A stretch of 48,452 bases of DNA, counting the filler, from Trypethelium eluteriae (taxonomy: Eukaryota): assembly GCA_051942245.1 (NCBI GenBank). It is 2 parts of 2 records of this genome, joined end to end, with 100 filler letters (N's around TTAATTAATTAA, not from the genome) between each part and the next. Parts side by side here need not be neighbours in the genome. Positions count along the whole stretch, not along the records: positions 1 to 24,201 come from JAVECL010000406.1; positions 24,302 to 48,452 come from JAVECL010000407.1. One strand, 5' to 3'. The translations under genes and the position numbers were made by a program. Shown piece after piece: positions 22,197 through 34,148 of this stretch; position 1 is the first letter of the stretch, and every line of letters begins with the position of its first letter. The notes beneath the pieces were generated by a model, which was not told the DNA's origin, made no database searches, and saw nothing but the letters and a program-made list of their open reading frames with translations.

Positions 22197-24201
22197 ATGA
22201 CCACGGCACCCAAGATACTAATATATCTGCTTCGACGTGACTTACGGTCAACAGATAATCCGGTGTTGCACGAAGTCTCGCGCCTACACCAACAGAGTCA
22301 GCATCCCTTCACCCATTTCCTACCCATTTACGTCTTCCCTGCGGATCAAGTCGAGGTTTCTGGTTTCTTGCGCGATTCGTCCGGGGAATGCCCATACCCC
22401 GAGGCCCGTAGTTACGTTGGTGGCTTTTGGCGGTGTGGGCCTTTCAGAGCAAAGTTTCTGGCGGAGAGTGTTTGGGACCTGAAAAAGCAACTAGAAGATC
22501 TCGGTAGTGGGCTGGAGATTAGAGTGGGGTCCTTGCATGATGCTTTGAGAGATATTCTGAAGCAATTCAAAGATGGATCAAGCCAAAAGACTGACTCCCC
22601 TGCTGAAGTCTCGGAGATCTGGATGACCGCCGAAGAAGGCACAGAGGAGAAGCAGGAAGAAAAGGAAATTAGAGAGGTTGCCGAGGAATCAGGCGTTAAG
22701 TTGAAACTATGGCAGGACGAGAAATACCTTGTTGATGAGTGCGTTTTTCTTCTCCTTTTCATCCAAGAGCTAGCTCATCACTATACGTTCTCACGTCGCT
22801 CATATCCTCTACGAGGAAGAAGTTCGAAGCTTTGATGCTATGAGACTTAATAGAGCTACGTCGCTGATCAGGATTCAAGCCGGGACCTCCCAAACCAAAA
22901 TCCAGAAGACCTATCTGATGTCTTTACCTCTTTTCGAAAAACAGTCGAGCCACTTCGCGATGCACCGAGGAAGCGCTTGGCTCGACCCAAGCGCGGTTCA
23001 CTTCCACCACTTCCTCCCTCGATACCCCCGCAGGCAGATCCTTTCGTCATTCCGGACAGTTTTGATTCGCTGAACTCTGCTCTTCAAAAGCCTTTGCAAG
23101 ATGTTGGTTTCGGTCTCCCCAATCCCCCTAAATGGCCCTCGAACACTGGAGTACAGTCAGCGATTCCATTCCCTGGGGGCGAGAGCCATGGACAACACCG
23201 CGTGCGACATCTCCTTTATTCTGGCGCAATGACAAAGTACAAAGATAATAGGAATGGCTTGCTTGGGACAGATTTCAGCACAAAGCTCTCGGCTTGGCTT
23301 GCCCTCGGTTGCATCACGGCTCGGTGGGTTCATTGGGAGATGTACGATTTCGAAGAAGGCAAAAATCCGGAGCCTCTACCCCTTGCCGGCACCCAGTCCA
23401 ACTCTGAGCATTCCGACAGTGACATGCGCCACGCCCCAGGCTTCGGCAAGGGCCAAAATAAAGGCACCGAAGGTGTCCGCTTCGAGCTCCTCTGGCGCGA
23501 CTACATGCGCCTCTGCGCGCGCAAGTTCGGCTCCAAGCTCTTCTCCATCCGCGGTTTTCGTGGCGACGACCAATACAAGGCGGTCGAATGGAAACAGCCT
23601 CCAGAATCCGATTCCGTACCGGCTCCTTCTGCTAACGACGAAAACAATAACATCGCTCGGAAGGTGAATCTGCTACCCTCTTCACATCCGCTGACCCGCT
23701 TCCTGGAGGGTCGCACCGGCACGGGCTTGATCGATGCGACGAGTCGGGAGCTGTTCCTTACGGGGTACACGAGCAACCGGGCACGCCAGAATCACGCTTC
23801 GTTTCTGGCCAAGCATCTGCGACTGGACTGGCGGCTGGGCGCAGAATGGTACGAGTGCATGCTCGTCGACTACGATGTGAGCAGTAACTGGGGAAACTGG
23901 TGCTATGTCGCGGGTGTAGGGAATGATCCCCGTGGCGAAGCGAGGAAGTTTAACCCGGTGAAGCAGGGCGTGGATTACGATCCCAAGGGGGAGTTTGTAA
24001 AAGGATGGATGGGGGAGTTGAGTGGCGTGTATGGAGGAAAGGAGCTCCACAGGGGTGAGGAACTAATGGGGGTTTTGCAGGCATGGAGGTTGCCGATGGA
24101 GGAGAAAAAGAAGTTGGGTTTGGATGGTGTGGAGTGGGTGGATAAGCCGTTAGTAAAAATTGATTTTGCCGTGGATAGGAAGAATGGGGGTGGGAAAGGT
24201 G
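22197..24201 (+). CDS. cry: Cryptochrome DASH, 3'-partial (runs into gap); exons 22197-22738, 22880->24201
   Basis: RRDLR..DN, FRAKFLAESVWDLK, DVFTSFRK, FSTKLSAWLALGCIT, FELLWRDY, GYTSNRARQN, DYDVSSNWGNW.Y.AGVGNDPR and KQGVDYDPKG. A Gly-rich tail begins at the gap. Confidence 0.93.
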
Positions 24202-24301
24202 NNNNNNNNNNNNNNNNNNNNNNNNNNNNNNNNNNNNNNNNNNNNTTAATTAATTAANNNNNNNNNNNNNNNNNNNNNNNNNNNNNNNNNNNNNNNNNNN
24301 N
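24202..24301. other. Scaffold gap: 44 N + TTAATTAATTAA + 44 N (artificial six-frame-stop linker)
   Basis: Exactly 100 nt and symmetric, with a palindromic 12-mer that gives TAA in all frames on both strands. Confidence 0.9.
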
Positions 24302-24890
24302 GGGAAGGGTTGGGGAGAGGGAGGTGGATGAGAAGTTGGATGAGCCGATGTTTAGGCATGGGGCGAGTCCGTTCCGTACGAGTGCGGAGCCGCCACCGAA
24401 GTTCAGCTGGACGCACGTTTGGGGTACCATGAAGTGGGGGAGGAAGGCTGGTGCGTGGGGTAAGGGCGTAGAGGGATTGGAAGAGAGGAGAAGAGAGAAA
24501 GAACGGTTGAAAGATGAAGAAGGCGAGAAGAAAAGAAGAGGTGGTCGTTGACCAATTGGATGGGGAAGATTTCTCCCTTGACGTACTGCGCCCTTCAAGA
24601 CCCTCAGATATGTCGACAGAGATCTTTAAACGGGCCTCGCTTTTCTAGAGGGAGGATTAACTTGAATACTGTATGTAAATGAGGACGGCGTTGCCAAAAT
24701 AATGTGATGTATAGACAATATCTAATTCTGACTTGCATACAACCAAGCTCTGATGACCCTTCAACGGAAGTCTATGGAGTAACAGTGCAGTGCTGCTCCA
24801 CATAGTCAGGGTATGCCCATCTCCTGACACCGAAACATGAGTAAACTCCCGACCTATCAACCAAAAGACCTATTATTATATTTGCAAAGC

Positions 24891-26882
24891 CTAGTAATTG
24901 GTGATCCGTCCATCTTCTCCCAAGGTTTGAGTCTTCTCCTGTTCATCCTGCTCCATTGTGCCAGCTCCAGGCGCATTCTCCTTCCTGATATCCCTGCCTC
25001 CAGGCGTCAAGTGCAGCGCATCCGTAGTTACCAAGTCCTCACCCTGCGGTGGCACCCACTTAGTGCTCTTCCATGGCTCGACGTGTAAAATATACATGGT
25101 ATCGATTTCCTCCAGGGACTTGCCCTGAGTTTCGCAGACGAAGAAATAGACGACAAATGCACCGGCAAAATTGCAGGCCGCAAAGACATAGCCGTAGCGG
25201 TAATCAATGTCACCTGTGATGAAAGGTGTGAAGAAAGCAAGTAGGAAATTCCAAGTCCAGTTGGAGGCAGTGGCAAGACCCATGGCCAGCGCACGGTATC
25301 TGCTAGGATAGATCTCTCCAATCAGAGCCCAAACAATTGGCGCCCAAGTCATGGCGTAGCCTGCGATGAAGAGACAGGCAAAGACGATCATAGCGGCACC
25401 AGCGCCGGGGGTGGCCTGAGGGTTGTTCTGGTTCAGAGAGAAATGACCGACGGAGGCGAAGACCATGAAGCAGACGAACATCCAGAACCCACCAAAGATG
25501 AGAGCGCGACGACGGCCGAAGTGTTCAACGACATAGAGACCACCAAACGTGCAGCCGAAGTTGACGCCTCCAAGGATCATGGCAGTGACGAAGCTATTAT
25601 TAATGCCAGTGGCTGTAAAAATGGTTGTACCTGCAGCGCAATTAGCGGGTTAGGAGGGAGTCCGAATTTTTGCGTGCATTACCATAGTAGAAGAAGAAGT
25701 TGGCTCCCGTTAGCTGCTGGAGCATTTGCATTGTCATTCCGAGTAGAGTCCGGTAGGCCATACGCGGGCCCGTAAAGACCTGAAGTGCGGATCAGCAAAG
25801 CAAATAACATGTTATGGGAGCGTCATGAACTGAAACCCAACATGACCAATGAATAGAGAAAGAGGGAAGAGAAATGATCCCTACCTCCCACCATTGATGC
25901 TTGCCACCTCCAGCACTTTCAGCTTCGAACTTCTCCTGGATCTCCCGGAACTCCCTTTTGACCTCCCAATGGTCTTCAGGGACGCCGTAGGACCGTGCGA
26001 TTGTTGCTCTCGCCGAATCGATCTTACCCTTTCGATATTCCCAACGAGGTGTCTCTGGTAAGAAGAGCATACCTACTGACATGATGACTGGCCAGATAAA
26101 GCCCAGGCCCATTGGTAACCTCCATGAGCGAGCGCTAGTATCTTTCTCGGTTCCAAAATTAATGCAGTCGGCAACAAAAATGCCAAGGGTGATGAATAAC
26201 TGATAGCAGGATACGAGGGCACCGCGGATCTGCCTTGGAGCTGTCTCAGATTGATACATCGGCGTCAGTACGGAAAGAGCTCCGACACCCAGACCGGCCA
26301 CCCATCGACCAACCACTATCTGGTACCAGTGATACTGCGTAGAGATCTGGACGATGACACCGACACAGAAGATGATGTTCCAAAAGATGATGGAGTATTT
26401 ACGCCCTACGGCATTGGCGACTGGTGCAGCGCCAATGGCGCCCATCAGAGTACCAATCGAGAGCTAGAGTGAGGTCAGCTTAGACTGCCAAAAGTGCAGG
26501 GAATGGCTGCAATCACCAATCCAACAATCGTGCCCGATCGAACATTCGTGAAGGCAGGCGCTCCTTTCTGTGTGGTATTTCCAAACCTGTTTAGGAAATC
26601 GGACATTTCCAAGAAGCCAGAAATTTGACCTGTTGCTAGTCAGCATACTTCATTAACCAATGCTTTGCGGAAGGGCAGACCTGTATCGTAGCCAAAAATG
26701 AAACCACCCATTGATACAATGAGACCCATCGAAATCACTCGGGCAGAGAGTAGTCTGACGGGTTCTTGGTTGCCTTTCTCAACGTCCGGAGAGCCTTCAG
26801 GTGGACCAGCTGCTCCATCCACGACACCCTTCTCATTTCCATCCTTGCGGGCAGCGCCCCTGAGCCTTTGCATGAGCGGCAT
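24891..26882 (-). CDS. MFS hexose transporter (sugar porter), ~576 aa; exons 26882-26681, 26629-26517, 26463-25885, 25779-25683, 25630-24891
   Basis: [54 protein letters not shown] and [11 protein letters not shown]. Four GT-AG introns. Confidence 0.94.
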
Positions 26883-28537
26883 CTTGTAAAGGAACACAGC
26901 CCAGGAGATGAGGGAGAAGGTAAGGGAAGAAAACCAAAATCTTGACGCCTTTGCACGGAGAGAGGGCGGGGAGACGAGAGGGAGGAGGGAGTACTCTGTA
27001 TGGGGACCACACCCATCTTAATAAGAGAATCTCCACCAGCTCGCAGCCTGGCCAACGAGAGTCGGAGGGTTGGATGGCTCTGAGCCGCCATGGATCCATC
27101 CATCACGAGTCTTGGGAAGCTTTCTCAGCCGGACTCTGCCGTGAGCCAGGACACGAGCAGAGCGAGGACGTCATCGCGAACCACAGCTACAGCTTGAGCT
27201 CGTTGGCCCACAAAAAAAGTGCCGCACCATTTTTATAAGGCGCAGTCTATGGTGCTACGAAAATCCGATCCTGGATGACCCCATGCGCAACTGTGCCGTC
27301 TGTGCAAAAAGCAATTGCCGTGCGTCGAGCAAAACAAAGGCCATAATGAAGGAATGGTATAGATACCTTACTTAGTGCAGCTATCGGCGATGATGTGATG
27401 TTTCGGAGAGGACAGCCTCATCCGTCTCGCTCGGCTAATCGGGCGGCGGATCGAGATTTGGGCGGAAATCCTGAGAGGCAGGCTCGATCCCCATTCGCTA
27501 CACTATCACCCAACAACGGGCAGTTAGCCTCCTGCCGCAACCCCAGGTAACGGCCCCAATGTCGGCGGCGTGAAGAAGAAATTCTGGTCCTCCTGTCAGC
27601 TGCTCGACTAAAATACGCCGTATAGAGCATTCCTTGGATGTCATGCGCGAGCCTTGCAGGATAATACGATCAGCAACTTTCTGATCTTGGAGAGGAGATG
27701 AGATAAGACGCCTTGCGTGCATTTGCAGCTCACACGTGCTCGAATTACTCCGCTTGGCTATAGATAGATGGGTAGCTTGCTTGTTCAAGTTTACGTCCGG
27801 CTTCTGGCGGATTTATCTGCATGAAATCCGACATTCTGCGGGTTCTGATTCTGCACGAGGTCATCAAGCATTTCAATAGCACTGTCTCCGGGAGAGATTG
27901 GCTCAGCACATGCTCACCCTGGAGTACGTACCTGTCAGGCTATCCCAGTACCGCTCGGGAAAGCATTGACCTTTGAACGATCAAAATCATACCAGACTAG
28001 AAAGATTCTTTGCGCGAAATATCAGCCGAGAAAGTGCGCGAGTCTAGGAATCGGGATTAACTGGTCGGAAAAAGCTGCATTGAGGTGGGTACCGGATGAA
28101 CTGTGAACTATCAACTTCATTACGGTCTGAACTCTAATACCTTATCATATCATTAAGAATTGAGAGAAATATAACCTCGGATAAAGTCATGGAAACTTGA
28201 GAATTCCTTCCGACCGTGTCTGACCAAGTAATCTTATCTAGATAGTGCACTGTCAACGGCCGTGCTGAGCCTGGAGAAATTGGAACACTGATGAAGATGT
28301 ACCCCATATCTATATCTATGTAGGCTGCCATAAATATCTAGTAACGCGTTGCGTAACGCTCATAGTCTAGGTGATAATGAGAGTTGGCCTTGCAATTAAA
28401 AGTACAGCCGCCCTCGACTCCAAGCCCAATTCCATCCATTACCGGCGTGTATGTAGGTCTAGGCACCGCAGGACTCTGCTGCGGTCCCATGTTGAAGCGT
28501 CCCTTTTGTTGAAGCTTATGTATAGCCATTCATGCGC

Positions 28538-28957
28538 TTAAGCAAACATGCTTGCCCCTCCAGATTCTATCGCTTCAATCTCTGCCTGTGTCCAAGGCGT
28601 TCGTCGGAATCGAGCGGGTAGATCGCTTCGGTCAAAGACCTCGCCCTTACCGGGTCGAATCGACCCGAGAGAGTGCCCGGAGTGACCGCCAATCGCGCCT
28701 GAATGGAAATTCGTGCTTTGAGTGAGCGGACCATGTTGTTGCGCTTTTTGCCGATAGGTTGCAAATGAGTCCGGAAGGCTATGTGTAGGGGAGGCTGGGT
28801 GGGCGTGGGGTGAGTGATCAACATCTGTGAACATGGTCAGTCTTTCGGAAAATTGCAGAGGAAAGCTTTAGGTTTACTGACTCGCTGGAGGAGTACGCTT
28901 GCCCAGGAACTTGATCATGGGCTGCCTATGTTGCAGCAGTCGTCGAGTAGCTTGCAT
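28538..28957 (-). CDS. KGD4: 2-oxoglutarate dehydrogenase adaptor Kgd4 / MRPS36 (Ymr31 family), ~120 aa; exons 28957-28882, 28824-28538
   Basis: MQATRRLLQHRQPMIKFLGKR, HAHPASP and the C-terminal LPARFRRTPWTQAEIEAIESGGA. Confidence 0.85.
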
Positions 28958-29536
28958 CGTACTAACGATTAGAGGTTTTGATAAGGATCAAGTGCTCGTT
29001 TGCAAGAATTTGGATGGAATAGAGCTTCAATGACTCCTGTAAAGCTCAGGCAATGTAAGTAAGTGTAAGATGAACTGGCTACGAGAAGGAGGAGGTTATA
29101 GATTGTGAGGATTAGAGTTGGCAGGGGAGCCGTGTGGATACCTTATGTCTGAGAGAAGAGGGCAAGTGGGATGGTCTGACGTCGGATGCCGACGCGCTAT
29201 CGCCAGCTTCCGAGCTCACCTTGAAAGCCATCTGTCTTGAACCAACATGGTAATCCTCCATACTGCCATCCTGTGAACTTCACTGACGTGACACTGTAAA
29301 AACAAGGCACTCTACGTCATGATCGTCTAGATATTCCTGGCAGAGGCTGGCAGAGGCTGTTCCAGGCCTAAACCGTGCACCTGATGCCTACAACATTGGC
29401 ATAACAGCTTAGCAGAGCTCCAGCGCACAAGCTTCCGCTACGTCAAGAGCTCCTGAATCTTGAGTCGGCATCGAGAAAATCGTTTCCGGTCTGTTGAATT
29501 GGCTCGCGGCAATCCAAGATACTATCTACAGGCATT

Positions 29537-30389
29537 ATGCACGAGCTTTCATTGTACGGTCAGATCCCGGCCGTGCGCCATAATCAAGTTCTACAAATCC
29601 TTGCTGGCGTAGCGGCCATGCAACCGCAACGAGTGGTTGAACGCCATCTTGTGTATAAGCCAGTCAAAATCATTGCCCAGCGAGCCCAGGTTGGAGGTTC
29701 TCAAGCTATCCAGTCTCAGAAGACCAATGTTCAGGCTCAAGCTCCCAAAGAGGTTTTCTACATGCAATTGGTTTGTGATGTCCCTCAAGGCGACGCGAAC
29801 GAATCCTCTCAGCTTGCAGCATTCAACACATCAGATGCCGTAATCAATGTTGACGAGGAGCCGAAAGAGCCATCAGACCCTGCCGAAGCCGACTGGTCAA
29901 TGCAATTCTTCGATGTTCCGGAGGCAGGCAAGCGCCCCGTCGTGTCTAGAATGATGAACAAAACAGACATTAAAGAAGGGGACGCTCTTCAGTATATGAA
30001 GGGTCTAGGATATGAGTGAGACAGATCCCGTTCTATCCATCGATGTGCTGACAAGTTGCCCTAGCTACGTGACGGAATATGTCCTTGAAGGTCACCGGCT
30101 GATTCACGAGAACGTCATTCTATTGCTCCATCGGATTCTGCAATACCCTGACGAACCCGCATCTGGATCTAGTCCAAGGTCATCTATGCCCAGTCTGGAA
30201 GCATTGAGCCCGCTTGATGAGAGCGGCAGTTACCTATTACAGGCTTCCATCCGAGTACTGGATGGAAACAAACCTGAAATCGTCAACAATGCTCAGACTG
30301 AGCTGCTGAAAGTTAAAGAGAGGATGAAGGGATCTGTAGATCTTCGGGTGGTAGATAGGCTCTCTCTGGACACTAGGTTCCGAGGATGA
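29537..30389 (+). CDS. MED18: Mediator subunit Med18 (Srb5), ~267 aa; exons 29537-30015, 30065-30389
   Basis: MHELSLYGQI, LQILAGVAAMQP, F.DVPEAGKRPV, EYVLEGHRLI and VDRLSLDTR. Confidence 0.88.
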
Positions 30390-30686
30390 CATCGTCCTGC
30401 GCGAATTTAAGCAGACGAAACACTAGGCTACGGCCCTGCGAGAAGCTGGAACGATCACCTATTGGCGAGGCGTCTCTGGATTTCTCAACAGTGCCAACTG
30501 TTGGAGGAAGTAGCGCCTTCGGGATACTCCGATCTCTTGGTGACGACCAAGCAACTTTTCTCAACCGCGAGAATGCGTGGGGACGGAAGCACCATTCATC
30601 TCGGTGGTTAGCACCCCCGGTTATCCAGTCTTCAAATCTGATTCCAGCATTACTACGGCACATTTCCCAGTTGGTAATCCATAGAT

Positions 30687-31366
30687 TCATATGCTTGCGA
30701 TTCCTGGTGTCCACGCATTGCCTATCCTTTGGACCTCTTGAATGAATCTGCGACTGGTGATTTGCGTAGATCCGATCCGCTGCTGTGCATTTGCTGTCCT
30801 TGGAGAGTGCTCATCAGGATTATAGAAGGGATTGCGGAGGAGACCAATGTAGGCTGTTTGTAGCGCTCTGAACGCCTGCACTCTGATCAGCTAGCTTCTG
30901 AAATGCAACAATGAGCTTTACGTACTGGCTTCAGATCTGCATCGCGCAATCCCAAAGCAGCGTTCATTTTGCTCCCTTCCGGTGCGGTTCTGCCAAACAT
31001 ATCCACCACAATCACGAACTTGACGCCGGTGTTGGTGAGCCACCCATACATTGCCAGCCTTTCGTCAACGGCTTGGAGTAGGCCAAAGTCAGAGTCTGCG
31101 GTTTTGTGTGGCATTCGCATTTCGAAGATATCTAAACACGAAGATAGTAGGAACGAGAACTCTAGTTCGTCGCGTCCTTCTGGAGGAAAAAGAGAGATAT
31201 GGAGTGGATTATTCTGCGAGCCGTATCAGTGAATAGTGCTGCAAAAAATAGTAGAGCTCATAGAATGTTAAGTCATAGAGCTTCGATAAATAGAGACAAA
31301 TTGTCTTACATGTTTTCCAATGACTCCAACGCAAGCCACAGAGGGCATGCGCCCTGCTGCCGCCAT
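30687..31366 (-). CDS. TRAPPC2L: TRAPP complex sedlin-like subunit (TRAPPC2L/Tca17), ~177 aa; exons 31366-31310, 31213-30926, 30875-30687
   Basis: VACVGVIGKHNNPLHISLF, SSCLDIFE, YGWLTNTGVKFVIVVD and AYIGLLRNPFY. Confidence 0.88.
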
Positions 31367-31655
31367 CCTGAGGAAATGCAGAATTTTCGGAAACTCAATT
31401 GCAAGCTCTTGGTGTCTCCATGCAAACTTTGAACAATGCTGAGGATATTCAGTGTTGCTTCTCCCGATTTGGGACCTGCAACTTGAAGCCGCAACGGAAG
31501 CAGTGTCCAGCCAATCAGATATCATCTCAAGACCCTAGGATCCTCGACATCATCAACTTAACGCCACCCTCCACTCACGTTAATCCTTTTACACATCTCC
31601 ACTCTACGTTATCAACCACATTTCCCTTCCTTTTCTACTCTCCCTAGTTGCCACC

Positions 31656-32547
31656 ATGCTGTCGACAACGAGGTCAACAGCGGCGCTGGCGCTGCGAGGT
31701 TTGTCCCATCCTCAATTCCTTTACTACGTCGACTAACCGTGCAGAAGGCGCCATGAAGCCCTCGACAGCCCTCATTCCGCGCGCCTTCATCTCGAGTTCC
31801 TCCTCCAAGCCCTCCTCTCCAGAAATAATGAAACCCGGTCTTGTCCAAGGCGGTCCCGCTCCACCACCACCAATGAAGGGCGTATTGGGCAAAGACCGCC
31901 GAGAAGTGCCACTACCAAGCCAAGAAGGCAAGAAAGGCGCCATGCAATACGCACTGTAAGCTCCCCCTCCATATTCCTTCTAAAACTCCCTCATGCTCCC
32001 GGATAGCTATACTCCGCTGATACGACAAACCTCTGCAGGACGACCGTCGACCAAATCGCCAACTGGGCCCGGCAGGGCTCGCTGTGGCCCATGACGTTCG
32101 GCCTCGCGTGCTGCGCCATCGAGATGATGCACCTGTCGACGCCGCGCTACGACCAGGACCGGCTGGGCATCATCTTCCGGGCGTCGCCGCGGCAGTCGGA
32201 CGTGATGATCGTGGCGGGCACGCTGACGAACAAGATGGCGCCCGCGCTGCGGCAAGTCTACGACCAGATGCCTGACCCGCGCTGGGTGATTTCGATGGGG
32301 AGCTGTGCGAATGGTGGGGGCTACTATCATTATAGTTACAGTGTCACGAGGGGGTGCGATCGCATTGTCCCGGTGGATATCTATGTGCCCGGGTGTCCGC
32401 CGACGAGCGAGGCGCTGATGTATGGCATTTTTCAATTGCAGAAGAAGATGAGGCATACGAAGATAAGTTATCGCTTTTCCTGTTTGTCTGCTGGATGATT
32501 GGTACTGACGCCCGCAGAACATCACACGGATGTGGTACAGGAAGTAG
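31656..32547 (+). CDS. NDUFS7: Complex I PSST / 20-kDa Fe-S subunit, ~234 aa; exons 31656-31698, 31745-31955, 32039-32462, 32521-32547
   Basis: [38 protein letters not shown] and [12 protein letters not shown]. The final exon ITRMWYRK* is joined through a non-canonical intron (see findings). Confidence 0.95.
32463..32520 (+). other. Putative AT-AC intron (58 nt) in the PSST gene
   Basis: ATAAGT donor, TACTGAC branch site (32503-32509), ends ...GCAGAAC. Its removal gives [13 protein letters not shown]. Confidence 0.7.
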
Positions 32548-33078
32548 TTGGAAACGTCATAGTCTTTTCAGATAGCCGCTGCAATTGACCTTTCCCATGC
32601 ATTGTACATATTAGGTGGCGTTGCAGGAAAATGCATAGAGCTTCGCTCGCTCAGGAGCCTCAGCAGAAATATAATTAGAATGTTCGAAACCTTCCTTCCA
32701 TCTAAACAGCCGTGAATTTAGATACTCGATTATCAGATCACAAATTCGAACGTCATTGTTGCAGTCTCATCAAGAGCTCCTTAGAGCGCTGCGAGTGAGG
32801 ATTGGGGAAAGGAAGCCTCAGGAATTCGTGACATCAATTCTTGGGGACTTCTGGCGGCGCAAGTTTATTCTCTTAGGACATAATTTCATCGAGAACCTAT
32901 AGTGCAAAGTGTAAATGAATCGTAGAATATATCAATTGACTACGTAACGCCAGGATAATGCTCGTAGTAGAAGCGACTCTCTAAGGTTCATCTGCAATCC
33001 TAGGCCATCAGAACCCTAGAACTCTCCATCCACATTCGCACAGATGGGGGGTCATCTATCTTAGATACCCTCATTCGT

Positions 33079-33686
33079 CTAAGCATCCTCCACAACCGCA
33101 GTCTGCAATCCTTTAGGGTTCTTCACGTTCACCGCCTGCACGTAGGAATACAGCTTCTCCTTGGCGCCCTCCTCGTCGTTGCGCTTTCGCGAGATGCGTA
33201 CCCGTATCCGGAATGGTACACCCTTGACACCATCCTCCCAGACCTTCTTGTTGAGCTGCGGATCGAGACGTACGTCTTTCGTGCCCTGAACATCCCACAG
33301 ACATCAGCCAGCTGTATCATCCCAGCCTTGGCACTAATCAATCGAAGGACAGATACGAGATGCGTCTTTCCTCATTCTTTTTAATTTTGGAATAGGACTC
33401 ACCATCGCCTTCTGCGCAAAAGCCCGAATCTCCTTTACTGCCTTAGGCGCTCGCTTCTTGAACGTCGCGCCGTGGATCTGTTCCGCACACAATTTCATCA
33501 GTCTTCCGCCCAATACCACAACGCAGCCCATTGGCAAACGGTGGCCATAGTCTGGACTTCACAAAACTGAATGATTCATCGACGTACTCGCTTGTGAAGA
33601 TGGATGGTATATTCTCGCGCGATGACATCTGAGAGGGCAGTGCGACCACCGGTCTTGCCCGCGGGCTTGCTGGGTTTGGGCGGCAT
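33079..33686 (-). CDS. RPL31: 60S ribosomal protein L31 (eL31), ~126 aa; exons 33686-33588, 33477-33403, 33285-33079; probable 5'UTR intron 33762-33689
   Basis: [55 protein letters not shown]...[12 protein letters not shown]. Confidence 0.97.
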
Positions 33687-33932
33687 TGCTGGTAATATGA
33701 GTGCGTGAACTAATTTGAATGTCTTTGGAAATTTGACGGTAGATTGCAAAGTTTGGACTCACTGGCAAGATAGCGCTGCAAGTGCCGGTCGTTGTACGCT
33801 GTTGCAAGCTTTTGGAGATGTCTGGGTGGGATAATTTGGCGGTGCAAGGTGGGTGGTATCGTTCGCTTAGCGACGAATCATCTTGCACGACCCATGAGCT
33901 GCTCCGAACAGCAACCTCAGACTACAGCTCGC

Positions 33933-33977
33933 TCACGTGATTTGAGTCTGCCTTTCATGCTTTCCACGTGAAACCCT
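33933..33977. promoter_or_regulatory. Two E-boxes (TCACGTGA 33933-33940, CACGTGA 33965-33971) plus AAACCCT in the RPL31/U2 divergent promoter
   Basis: Exact motifs. The Cbf1/Tbf1-like role is inferred. Confidence 0.4.
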
Positions 33978-34148
33978 GTTGCCTTAAAGATGTCTAGGAT
34001 TTGATACTCCAAAGCGATGCTCTATTGGATACATTTAGGTGACTCAAGTCTCGAGTCAATCCAGATCCTTCACGATCATTTCCATAGCGCCTTGACGACT
34101 CCAACATAAATACCCTCTTTCCCTCCACGTCCACGCTTCTTTTCCCCT

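Noticed and set aside
24246..24257. Palindrome TTAATTAATTAA inside the N run
   Set aside because: Its symmetric position in a 100-nt gap and six-frame stops mark it as an assembly linker. The resulting 'LIN*' end of the CRY ORF is not real.
33478..33587. Possible intronic C/D snoRNA in RPL31 (GATGA...CTGA)
   Set aside because: Box C is imperfect, the CTGA coincides with the branch site, and I recognised no rRNA guide.
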